Shown in pieces: positions 10,457-19,582 of a stretch of DNA of 64,000 nt. Below the pieces are notes generated by a model. It saw only the letters and a program-made list of their open reading frames with translations. It was not told the origin of the DNA and did not search any database. A program made the position numbers and the translations under genes. Numbering within the stretch: the stretch's first letter is position 1; each line of letters starts with the position of its first letter. The stretch covers positions 1,536,001 to 1,600,000 of the forward strand of contig CBDATQ010000001.1 in NCBI GenBank assembly GCA_965199955.1, given 5' to 3'. This stretch comes from Spirochaetia bacterium. GTDB taxonomy: Bacteria > Spirochaetota > Spirochaetia > SZUA-6 > Bin103.

Positions 10457-10509
10457 AGTCGAAAGAAGCGGCGTAGTCTGTCGGTGGCGGCCGGGCGGTC
10501 GCAGGTGAC

Positions 10510-11328
10510 ATGATGCGGCCAACCATGATCAAGCTATCAGCGAATACCGTTCTCTTCGGCCGGTCCGGATTCGCGACCGCGGCGCGGGTGCTGTCGGCGG
10601 CCGGCTACGACGGGGTCGAGGTCGCGGCCCTTGCCGGCATGTGCGAGCACCTGGAACTGTCGAACTGGCGCGCGCAGGCGGCCGAGCTGCGCACCATCCT
10701 GGACGACCACGGCCTGCAGGCGCTGGCGATGGAGGAGTCCGCCCTCGACGAGGAGCGCCTGCGCCAGGCGTTCGAGGCCGCCGCCGAGATCGGCATCCCA
10801 GCGGTGTGCATCGGCTCCGGCGGCAAGACCGGGGACGAGGACGCGCTCAAGTCCGCCGTGGAGCGAATCGCCACGCTGTCCGACGAGGCTCACGCCCACG
10901 GGGTCACCCTCTGCCTGAAGGCGCACGTGGGCAGCGCCGTGCACGACACGCCGACCACGCTGGCCGTCATGGAGGCGATCGATTCGCCCGGGTTCGGCGT
11001 CAACATGGACCCCAGCCACATCCACCGCGCGGGCGAGGACGTGGTGGAGGCGCTCCGCGCCGTGGTCGGCCGCGTGCGGCACGTGCACATCCGCGACTGT
11101 CCGTCGCGGGAGCCCTCGCCCGGACCACCCTCGCAACAGGCGTGCGGCCGCGGCCAGATCGACCTGGCCGGCTACTGCGGCGTGCTCGCGGAGGCCGGCT
11201 ACGACGGCGCGCTCAGCCTGGAGGTGATCGGCGCACAGACGTGGGACGATCCGGCCGCCAGCGCCGTCATCGCCGCGGAGAGCGCCGGCTACCTCAACGC
11301 CTGCCTCAAGGCCCTGGGGGCACGCTGA
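10510..11328 (+). CDS. Sugar phosphate isomerase/epimerase (xylose-isomerase-like TIM barrel); start may be 10525
   Basis: GYDGVEV, NMDPSH, HVHIRD and GYDGALSLEV motifs. Confidence 0.85.
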   Translation: MMRPTMIKLSANTVLFGRSGFATAARVLSAAGYDGVEVAALAGMCEHLELSNWRAQAAELRTILDDHGLQALAMEESALDEERLRQAFEAAAEIGIPAVCIGSGGKTGDEDALKSAVERIATLSDEAHAHGVTLCLKAHVGSAVHDTPTTLAVMEAIDSPGFGVNMDPSHIHRAGEDVVEALRAVVGRVRHVHIRDCPSREPSPGPPSQQACGRGQIDLAGYCGVLAEAGYDGALSLEVIGAQTWDDPAASAVIAAESAGYLNACLKALGAR

Positions 11329-12743
11329 TGGCAGCGACTCCCCGCACAGGCCGGCTCAACCTGCTGCTGATCGCGATCGACAGCCTGCGGCGCGACCGCA
11401 TGAGCCTGTACGGCTACCATCGCCTGACCACCCCGCACATCGCCCGCTTTGCCGAACAGGCGACCATGTTCCGGCATCCGTTCAGTCCCAGCGTGCCGAC
11501 CACGCCGGCCTACTCGTCGATGCTCACCGGGCGCGACTGCTTCGGCACCGGCGTGGTGGGGCTGCGCCACAAGGGCGACGTGGCAGCGCCGATGCTGCCG
11601 ACGATCCTGGAACAGGCCGGCTACTCGACCTGCTGCGTCGGATTCCCCGGCAATCCGGCATCGCGCGGCTTCCAGACCTACCTGGAGTACGACGGCTGGG
11701 GCGACGAGCCCGGCAGCATGCCCAAGGCGCACGCCCTCAACGAGGTCACCATCCCGTACCTGCGCACGGTGGCCGGCAGCGGCGATCCGTTCTTCCTGTT
11801 CCTGCGGCACATGGACCCGCACAGCCCGTACCTGCCGCCGGCGCCCTTCGACCGCCTCTTCTACGAGGGAGACGAGCTCGACCCGTCCAACCACTCGCTG
11901 GACGGTCTGTACGCGTTCGCGCCGTTCGCCGACTACTTCAGCTCCTGGTTTCCGGGCAAGGTTACCGACGCCGCGTTCGTCAACAGCCTCTACGACGGGG
12001 CGGTGGCCTACATGGACGCGGCGATCGGCCGGCTGTTCACGGTCCTCGACGAGCTCGGCCTGGCCGAGGATACGGTGGTGGTCCTCACCGCCGATCATGG
12101 CGAGACCCTTGACGAGCACGAGTGCTGGTACGACCACCACGGCCTGTACGACCCGAACCTGGTGGTGCCGCTGATCATCCGCGCTCCCGGACAGGTGCCC
12201 GCCGGCGCGCGGATCGACCCTTGGGTGCAGACCAAGGACATGACGCCGACGATGCTGGAGCTCTTGGGCGTCGATCCGGGGCTGGAGTTCGACGGCCGCA
12301 GCCTGGTGCCGCTGGCGCGGGGCGAGGCGTTCGTCCCGGAGACGGAGCTCTGCCTGACCGAGGCGACCTGGATGCGCAAGCACGGCTGGCGCACGCCGGA
12401 GTGGAAGCTCATCCACGCCCTGGAGCCCGACTTCCACTTCAAGCCGGAGGTGGAACTGTACAACCTGGCGCGCGATCCGGAGGAGCTGGACAACCTGGCC
12501 GAGCGGGAGCCGGACGTGGTCGCCCTGCTGGAGGAGCGGATGGCCGCCCACGTCGAGCGGCGCGAGGCGCAGACGGGCCGGCGCAACCCGATGTTCACCC
12601 AGCTCGGCTGGCACGGCACCGGCGATGCGCCGTTCGCGTCCTCGGAGGAGGCTTACGAAAAGCTCCACATCGGCAGCCGCAAGCAGGCGCAGCGCCTGCA
12701 GGCACATCTCGCCGAAGAGAACTCGGAGGAGTCCTCGCCATGA
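11328..12743 (+). CDS. Sulfatase-like hydrolase (alkaline phosphatase superfamily)
   Basis: ATG overlaps the upstream TGA. IDSLRRD, PTTPAYSSMLTG, DPHSPY, TADHGE, ELYNL..DP.E. Confidence 0.88.
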   Translation: MAATPRTGRLNLLLIAIDSLRRDRMSLYGYHRLTTPHIARFAEQATMFRHPFSPSVPTTPAYSSMLTGRDCFGTGVVGLRHKGDVAAPMLPTILEQAGYSTCCVGFPGNPASRGFQTYLEYDGWGDEPGSMPKAHALNEVTIPYLRTVAGSGDPFFLFLRHMDPHSPYLPPAPFDRLFYEGDELDPSNHSLDGLYAFAPFADYFSSWFPGKVTDAAFVNSLYDGAVAYMDAAIGRLFTVLDELGLAEDTVVVLTADHGETLDEHECWYDHHGLYDPNLVVPLIIRAPGQVPAGARIDPWVQTKDMTPTMLELLGVDPGLEFDGRSLVPLARGEAFVPETELCLTEATWMRKHGWRTPEWKLIHALEPDFHFKPEVELYNLARDPEELDNLAEREPDVVALLEERMAAHVERREAQTGRRNPMFTQLGWHGTGDAPFASSEEAYEKLHIGSRKQAQRLQAHLAEENSEESSP

Positions 12744-13774
12744 CCACCTGCAAGAGACCCATCCTCTACGGACCCGGCGACCTGCGCATGGAGGAGGACA
12801 CCCTCGACACCGACAACCTGGCGCCGGACGAGGTGTGGGTGCAGACCACGATCAGCGCCCTGAAGATCGGCACCGACCGCGGCAATTACGAGGGCGCCGA
12901 GCGGGTCCCCGGCGCGCCCGACTACCCGCGAGGGGTCGGCGACAGCAACCTCGGCGTCGTGCGCGGGGTGGGGAGCGCGGTGAAGCACCTGGCGGTCGGC
13001 GACCGGGTGATCTCCGGCACCTGGCACCAGTCGATGTACATCATGCAAGCGGGAGAGGATCCAGCGAAGGTCCCGGACGGCGTCGATCCCGAGGATGCCG
13101 TGTACGGCAACCTGTATGCGCTGAGCGCGCTCTGCTACCACAAGGCGCTGTTCCGTCCGGGAGAGACCGTGGCGGTGGTCGGCCTGGGCACGCTGGGGCT
13201 GGGCGCGGTGGCGCTGGGGCCGCTGTTCGGCGCGCGCACGGTGGCGCTTGGCAACAGCGACATCCGCCTGCGGGCGGCGCGCACCATGGGCGCGCACGAG
13301 GCGCTCATGTCCGACGATCCGGAGTTGCACGCCAAGCTTGACCGCTTCAGCAGCGGGCGCGGCATCGACCTGGTGATCCTGACCGCCAATCCGTGGCCGG
13401 CCTACCGGACTTCGCTGGAGATCGTGCGCCGGGACGGCCGGGTGGCGATCGTCAGCCTGCTCGGCCGTGGCGAGGAGGACCTGGACTTCAACCCGCTTGC
13501 GATGCCGCTCTTCTACGATAAGGCGGTGACGCTGATCGCCGTCTCGGGCGGCGACCCCAGCCTGTATCCCCGTCCCGCGGAGCTGTCCGGAGTGGCCGCC
13601 GGCACGCGCCACCACCGGCCGCACGTGCTGCAGCTCATGGCCGACGGGGTGCTCAAGCCCAGCAAGCTGATCACCCACCGGCTCCACTACACCGAGATGC
13701 AGCAGGCGTACGACATGGCATTCAAGCGGGACAAGACGATGATGAACGTCGTCTTCGACTGGAGCGACGCGTAG
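12740..13774 (+). CDS. MDR-family (zinc-binding-type) dehydrogenase
   Basis: GroES-like N-terminus (VGSAVKHLAVGDRV), Rossmann motif VVGLGTLG, LITHR. ATGA overlap with the upstream gene. Confidence 0.85.
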   Translation: MTTCKRPILYGPGDLRMEEDTLDTDNLAPDEVWVQTTISALKIGTDRGNYEGAERVPGAPDYPRGVGDSNLGVVRGVGSAVKHLAVGDRVISGTWHQSMYIMQAGEDPAKVPDGVDPEDAVYGNLYALSALCYHKALFRPGETVAVVGLGTLGLGAVALGPLFGARTVALGNSDIRLRAARTMGAHEALMSDDPELHAKLDRFSSGRGIDLVILTANPWPAYRTSLEIVRRDGRVAIVSLLGRGEEDLDFNPLAMPLFYDKAVTLIAVSGGDPSLYPRPAELSGVAAGTRHHRPHVLQLMADGVLKPSKLITHRLHYTEMQQAYDMAFKRDKTMMNVVFDWSDA

Positions 13775-13776
13775 CC

Positions 13777-14907
13777 GTGCTGATCTTCGACGGAGACTAC
13801 CCGGCCTGCGTGGCGGTGCGGCTCAACGCCGACCTTACGCAGCCGATCCAGGCGGTTCGCGCCGCACCTCCGGCCGGCATGGCCAGCGAGGATCCCCGCT
13901 ACCAGTCGAATCTCATGGCGTCCGTCCCCGAGCAGCGCCGCGCCGGCGTCGCCGCCTTCATCGGCAAGCTGAACGCGCGCGTCCACCGCCCGGGGGCACA
14001 GCTCTGGGGCCACCGCTCGGGTGAGCTGGCCTATGCGGAGGCGTGGGGCCAGTTCTCCGTCTACCGGATCATGGCGCGGCGCGGGCACTACCGCATCCTG
14101 GCCACGGCGGCGGAGCTGACCGATCACATGCGCGGCTGGGAGGAGGCCGAGCGCGCCGGAGCGGGTTTCGACGGCCTGCCGGTGGGCGTGATCATCGGGC
14201 TGGAAGGCGCGGACCCGATCCTGGACACCGAGTCCCTGGAGGAGTTCCACGCCGCCGGCCTGCGCATCGTCAGCCTCACTCACTACGACACCAGCGCGTA
14301 CGGGCACGGCACCGGCACGGGGATCGACGGCGGGCTGTTTCCGCCGGCGGACCGGCTGTTTGCCGACATGAGCCGGCTGGGCATCGTGCTGGACGCCACG
14401 CACGCCTCCGACGCCACCATCACGCAGGCGCTCGACCGGTTCGACGGGCCCGTGATCGCCACGCACCAGAACTGCCGGGCGCTCGTTCCCGGCGAGCGGC
14501 AGTTCCCGGACGAGACTCTGCGCGCGATCATCGAGCGCGACGGCGTGATCGGCGTGTCGATGGACACCGCCATGCTGTACCGCGGCGGCATCGACTGGGC
14601 CGACGTGGTCGGGCTGCAGCGGCCGTTCGGCAAGAAGGACGTCACGCTCGAAGACCTGGCCGACCACGTCGATCACATCTGCCAGCTCGCCGGTGACGTC
14701 CGCCACGCCGGCATCGGCGGCGACACCGACGGCCAGGGAGGTCGCACCGGCGCACCCGCGGAGATCGACACCGTGGTCGACTACGGCCGGCTGGCCGACG
14801 TGCTGGCCCGCCGCGGTTACGGCGACGACCAGGTCACCGATGTCATGTACCGCAACTGGGTCAGGTTCTTTTCCCGGCATCTTGACGGCGGGCACCTTGA
14901 CGGCTGA
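13777..14907 (+). CDS. Membrane dipeptidase (M19)-like amidohydrolase
   Basis: GLEGADPI, SLTHY, LDATHASD, ATHQN, GIGGDTDG, MYRNWVRF. Confidence 0.85.
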   Translation: MLIFDGDYPACVAVRLNADLTQPIQAVRAAPPAGMASEDPRYQSNLMASVPEQRRAGVAAFIGKLNARVHRPGAQLWGHRSGELAYAEAWGQFSVYRIMARRGHYRILATAAELTDHMRGWEEAERAGAGFDGLPVGVIIGLEGADPILDTESLEEFHAAGLRIVSLTHYDTSAYGHGTGTGIDGGLFPPADRLFADMSRLGIVLDATHASDATITQALDRFDGPVIATHQNCRALVPGERQFPDETLRAIIERDGVIGVSMDTAMLYRGGIDWADVVGLQRPFGKKDVTLEDLADHVDHICQLAGDVRHAGIGGDTDGQGGRTGAPAEIDTVVDYGRLADVLARRGYGDDQVTDVMYRNWVRFFSRHLDGGHLDG

Positions 14908-14956
14908 GCCGGTCGGCGCCATGGGCTGCTGAGGACGACGACAGGGCCGGCCTTCC

Positions 14957-15430
14957 ATGGACAAGCCGACGGTGGGAGCTGCTTGCCCGGGCCATCCGCG
15001 ACAGCGGCACTCCAGCCGGGCCGCGGTCACTGCTGTCATTCGTCGGCGCCCTGAGTCCGTTCACCTCCTCCCTGATCACCCTGCTCGCTCGCGGCGGCCG
15101 GCCGATGCTCCTGTACGACGATATCCGCCCGGAGCGGCGGGAGGTCGTCGTCGGCGCGTATCTGCGCGGCGCCTACCTGCTCGACCCGTTCTACGACTAT
15201 CTGCTCGCCGGCCCGCGCGAGCGCGTGGTGCCCCTGCAGGACATCCAGCCAGACCACTTCCGCAAGTCCCGGTACTTCTCCAGCTACTACGCGGACGTCG
15301 GTCTGGCGGACGAGATCGGCATGTTCGCGACGCGAAGAGACGGGTCGCACATCTTCGCATCGATCGGCCGAGCCTACGGCATGGAGGCGTTCTCGAAGAA
15401 GGGCATCGATCGACTCCTCCACTTCCAGCC
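14957..15430 (+). pseudogene. LuxR-type regulator sensor domain remnant (HTH lost)
   Basis: [12 protein letters not shown]...[23 protein letters not shown]. Frameshift near 14972; truncated against the potI remnant. Confidence 0.7.
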
Positions 15431-15803
15431 GGTGAGCGACGAACAGAGCAGCAGGGACAGGCCCGTGAGCACCTCCGGCATGACCAGCGGTGTCGACGTC
15501 ATGCCCGAACAGCAGGCGCCCGCGGAAGCGGCCCATCCGAGCGAGCGCCAGGCCGGCGAGCGTGCCGAGCGCCACGGCGACGGTCGCGTTCATGACCGCG
15601 ATCCGCAGGCTCAGCCACGCCGCGTGCAGGATCTGGTCGTCGCGCAAGAGCTCCCCGTACCACTTGGCCGAGAATCCGCCCCAGACCGTGACCAGCTTCG
15701 ACGCGTTGAAGGAGTAGGCGATGAGCGAGGCGATCGGCAGATAGAGGAACGCGAAGCCCAGCGCCATCGCGGCCGTGACGAAGAGGGAGCGTCCGGGGTT
15801 CAT
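15431..15803 (-). pseudogene. potI: Putrescine ABC permease, N-terminal fragment
   Basis: [34 protein letters not shown]...[18 protein letters not shown], then truncated. Confidence 0.85.
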
Positions 15804-16235
15804 GCTCCCTCCTGGTTCGCGCGGAGTCTCTGGAACACGGTGATCGGAATCACCAGCAGAAAGAGCGCGGCGATGGCGACCGCGGATGCGACCGGCCAGT
15901 CGCGGTTGGCGAAGAACTCGTCCCAGAGTACCCGGCCGATCATCAGGGTGTCGGGGCCGCCGAGCAGCGCCGGAATCACGAACTCGCCCACCGCCGGGAT
16001 GAACACCAGCAGGGAACCGGCGACGACGCCGGGGACCGAGAGGGGCAGGGTGACGGTGATGAACGCCTTGAGCCGGGCGGCACCCGAGGTCGCCGCGGCT
16101 TCCAGGAGCGTGTGGTCCAACCGCGCAAGCCTCGCGAAGACCGGCAGGATCATGAACGGCAGGTAGGCGTAGACGATGCCGACATACACCGCGAAGTCGG
16201 TCTGCATCATCGTGATAGGCTCGTCGATGACGCTC
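15800..16235 (-). pseudogene. potH: Putrescine ABC permease, C-terminal fragment
   Basis: [17 protein letters not shown]...[16 protein letters not shown]...RDWPVASA. Confidence 0.85.
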
Positions 16236-16394
16236 CAGTGCGGCCAGCGGCTCGTCGAGCAGCAGCAGCTTCGGGTGCTTGACCAGCGCACGGGCCAGCG
16301 CGACGCGTTGCCGCTGTTCTCCCGAGAGCTGATGCGGCCTGTGTCTCGACAACGGGCCGAGCTTGACGAGATCGAGCATGTCGCGGACGAGCCG
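16236..16394 (-). pseudogene. potG: Polyamine ABC ATPase, internal fragment
   Basis: Only [35 protein letters not shown] remains. Confidence 0.8.
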
Positions 16395-17487
16395 TCACCG
16401 CGCGGTTTTCACCCTGGTCCATGCCCGCGTCAGCAGCCGCGTGAACGCGGGCGAGTCCGCGAGATCGGCGAACAGGTTCTCCTTGACCGCGTCCGACGGA
16501 TAGATCGACGGATCGGACTTCACCTCGTCGTCCACGTACGGGAGCGAAGCGCTGTTGGCGTTCGCGTAGAACACGTAGTTGGAGATCGCGGCAGCCACCT
16601 CCGCCTCCATCATGTAGTCCAGGAACAGGTGCGCGTTCTCCGGGTGCGGCGCGTCGCTGGGGATGGCCAGGTTGTCGAACCAGATGACCGCTCCTTCGCT
16701 GGGAATGGTATAGGCGATTTCGACGCCTTGGCCGGCCTCCATGGCGCGGTCGCGCGCGATCAGCATGTCGCCGCTCCAGCCCATGGCCACGCAGATCTCG
16801 CCGTTGGCCAGGTCGTTGATATTCTGCGACGAGTGGAAATATCGGATGTGGGGACGGATCTTCAACAGGTGTTCCTCGAACAGCTCGACGTCCTCCGCGC
16901 TCTCGCTGTTCGGATCGCGGCCGAGATAGCCCATCAGATTGGCGAACACTTCGGTCGGTGCGTCCAGCAGCGTCACGCCGCAATCCGCAAGCTCCGCGAC
17001 CACGTCGGGATCGAAGAGCATGCGCCAACTGCCGGTTGGGGCTTCGCTCATGACCGACTCGACCTTGCTGACGTTGTAGCCGAAGCCGGTCGTCCCCCAC
17101 ATGTACGGGACCGCGTGGTCGTTGCCGGGATCGTGGGCGGCAACGCGCTCCAGGATGGTCGCATTCAGGTTCCCGTAGTTGCTCAGCCTGCTCTTGTCCA
17201 GCCTGGCGAAGACGCCGGCCGTGATCTGCCGCTCCAGGAAGCTGGCTGTCGGAACCACCACGTCGTAGCCGCTGTTGCCGGCCAGCAGCTTTGCCTCCAA
17301 CACCTCGTTCGAGTCGAACACGTCGTAGTTCACCTTGATCCCGGTCCGATCCTCGAAGTTGGAGATCGTGTCCTCGGCGATGTACATCCGACCAGTTGTA
17401 GACGTTCAGGACCATCTCTTGCGCGGTAGCCACGCCGGCCGCCACCAGAATGATCGCCGCGCATCCCGTCCATAACGTTCTGAGCAT
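16395..17487 (-). pseudogene. potF: Putrescine-binding periplasmic protein, +1 frameshift near 17387
   Basis: Signal peptide and LNVYNWSD, then (shifted) YIAEDT..GIKVNYDVFDSNEVLEAKLLAGNSGYDVVVPT; PYMWGTTG; GWSGD; WFDNLAIP. Confidence 0.88.
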
Positions 17488-17579
17488 GTCATCGCCCTCC
17501 CGTGTCCTGGTTTCTCATGGCACCCTCGCGCCATGAATATGCATGACCGGACGCTACCAGACGCCGAAAGCGGTGGTCA

Positions 17580-17629
17580 ATATTTCTTTGGGGATAATTC
17601 CGTCTGCATCGATGTCCCCAAGGGGATAT
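17580..17629. promoter_or_regulatory. Tandem palindromic operator-like sites between potF and the divergent genes
   Basis: ATGTCCCC-AA-GGGGATAT at 17612-17629 and a degenerate ATATTTCT-TT-GGGGATAA at 17580-17597. Confidence 0.5.
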
Positions 17630-17672
17630 TCACGGCAACGCACAGCATCGTTTAGCGTGGTGGGAGGCAGCC

Positions 17673-17786
17673 ATGCTCGCAGAACATCGTGACGCGGCAG
17701 ACCTTCACAGGACGGATCTGGAGCACTGCGTCCATCCCTGGTCGCCGACCTGACGCGTCGGGGAGTCCCGTTTGCCGCGTAGCTGA
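17673..17786 (+). pseudogene. Scar of a class-III aminotransferase (start fused to end)
   Basis: GGGAGG RBS, then MLAEHRDAADLHRTDLEHCVHPW (class III D..H..HPW N-terminus), abutting a short VADLTRRESRLPRS* tail. Confidence 0.55.
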
Positions 17787-17829
17787 TGGCGCACGCACAC
17801 GCGCTGAGGAGTCGTGCGAGGATCGCCCC

Positions 17830-18993
17830 ATGAGGATCGATGCCGACCGGTTGTGGGACAGCCTGATGCGCATGGCGCAGATCGGCGCGACCGAACGGGG
17901 AGGGGTCAATCGACAGACGCTCACCGATCTGGACCGCGAGGCGCGCGACCTGTTCATCGCCTGGTGCCGTGACGCCGGCTGCGCCATCCGCATCGACGCG
18001 ACCGGCAACATCTTCGCCCGCCGGGCCGGCCGGCACCCTGGCCACCGGGCCGTCCTTGCCGGCAGCCATCTCGACACCCAGCCGGCCGGCGGCAAGTTCG
18101 ACGGCGCGTACGGCGTGCTCTCAGCGCTGGAGGTGGTGCGCACCCTCAACGACCTCGACCTGGAGACCGAGGGACCGATCGAGATTGTCTCGTGGACCAA
18201 CGAGGAGGGTTCCCGCTTCGCGCCGTCGATGATGGGATCGGGGGTGTTCGCGGGCCAGTTCGACCCGCACGGGATCGACGCGACCATGGGTACGGATGGA
18301 CGCAGTTTCGGCGTCGAACTCGAACGGATCGGCTATCGCGGTGCGGATCGCGTGTCGGTGGACGAGGTCGCGGCGTACTTCGAGCTCCACATCGAGCAGG
18401 GGCCAGGAGGCGCATGCCGGCACGACGCCGATGGAAACGCGCAGGGACGCGCTGCTCGGCGCTGCCCGGATTTCGGAGGTGGTCGATCGCATCGGACGCG
18501 AGCATCCGCCCGGTGGGTGCTCGACTGTCGGCCAGCTCGACGTCCACCCGACTCGCGCAACACCATTCCCGGGCGCGTGCGCTTCACCGTCGACCTGCGG
18601 CATCCAGAGGAAGCCCGGCTTTCCTTGATGCGGTCCGCCCTGGAAGCGAAGGCGGCGGCGATCTGCTCGGCGGCGGGACTGCACCTGGAGCTGGAGGAGA
18701 TCTGGCACCAGTCTCCGCTGCACTTCGATGCGGGATGCATCGAGGCGGTGCGCCGCGGAGCCGCCGCGGTCGGGTGCGGCGCCATGGAGATCGTGTCCGG
18801 CGCCGGGCACGACGCCTGCCACATCGCGGAGCGGGCACCGACGGCGATGATCTTCATCCACTGCGCAGGCGGCATCAGCCACAGCGAGCTGGAGGACGCC
18901 GCCCAGGGAGGACTGTGCCGCAGGCTGCAAACTGCTGCTGTACGCCGTGACCGAGCACGCCAACGCCATGTGATCGATGCTCTCCGGCGCTGA
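17830..18993 (+). pseudogene. Zn-dependent amidohydrolase (allantoate amidohydrolase/N-carbamoylase family), deleted and frameshifted
   Basis: GSHLDTQP.GGKFDG, WTNEEGSRF, ELHIEQGP, (shift) AHAGTTPM, SRNTIPG, SGAGHDA, GGISH. Confidence 0.88.
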
Positions 18994-19016
18994 ACCGAAG
19001 CACTTCGGATCAATAG

Positions 19017-19047
19017 TTGACAATCCGAATAGATTGTGATGTACATT
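19017..19047 (+). promoter_or_regulatory. Putative TA promoter with an overlapping inverted repeat
   Basis: TTGACA at 19017-19022 and ACAATC-N6-GATTGT at 19020-19037, upstream of the antitoxin. Confidence 0.45.
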
Positions 19048-19060
19048 GCGTCTGAGACGG

Positions 19061-19303
19061 ATGGCCAGAACGATCACGGTCCGGCTGGATGACGCCACGT
19101 ACGAGATGATCCGGAGCGCCGCGCGCGGAGACCGCCGCAGCGTCGCGAACTTTCTCGAGTACGCCGCCGTTTCCTTCGTGGCGCAGCACGCCCAGGTGTC
19201 GGACGAGGAGATGGACGAGCTGCTCGGGGATGCCGACCTCGCACGCGAGTTGGAGGAAGGCCGCGCGGACTACCGCGAGCACCGGTACCGGGTTGTCGAC
19301 TGA
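19061..19303 (+). CDS. Ribbon-helix-helix (CopG-like) antitoxin
   Basis: MARTITVRLDD..Y...RSAA..DRRSVANF, acidic C-terminus; overlaps the toxin gene. Confidence 0.78.
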   Translation: MARTITVRLDDATYEMIRSAARGDRRSVANFLEYAAVSFVAQHAQVSDEEMDELLGDADLARELEEGRADYREHRYRVVD

Positions 19304-19569
19304 GTACACGATCGTCGAGACCGAGGGCTTCCAGAAGCGCATCGAGCGACAGGAGTTCCGGCATCTCTACTCGCGCGTTCGCCGCTACGTGTACCCGCAA
19401 CTACGCGCCAGTCCCTTCTATGGCCCCAATATCAGGAAGCTGCGGGGTCGGTACGCGGACTACTACCGGTATCGAGTCGGGGCCTACCGGCTGTTCTACT
19501 TCGTCGACCAGGACCGCATCTGCGTGGTCGTGGGTCACGCTGAGACATCGGCGCGACGCGTATCGGTAG
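19293..19569 (+). pseudogene. RelE/ParE-family toxin, +1 frameshift near 19533
   Basis: GPNIRKLRG...YRYRVGAYRLFY. The canonical end TLRHRRDAYR* lies in another frame. Confidence 0.78.
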
Positions 19570-19582
19570 AATGCCGCCAACC

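Noticed and set aside
10641..11327. 5' extension of the 700-aa ORF, and similar long Arg/Gly/Pro-rich extensions and antisense ORFs (e.g. 44370-47195, 57198-58733)
   Set aside because: Shadow frames of real genes in high-GC DNA; true starts lie at stop/start overlaps.
15036..16379. 447-aa ATPase-permease fusion ORF
   Set aside because: An accidental open frame across fused potG/potH/potI fragments and antisense LuxR sequence.
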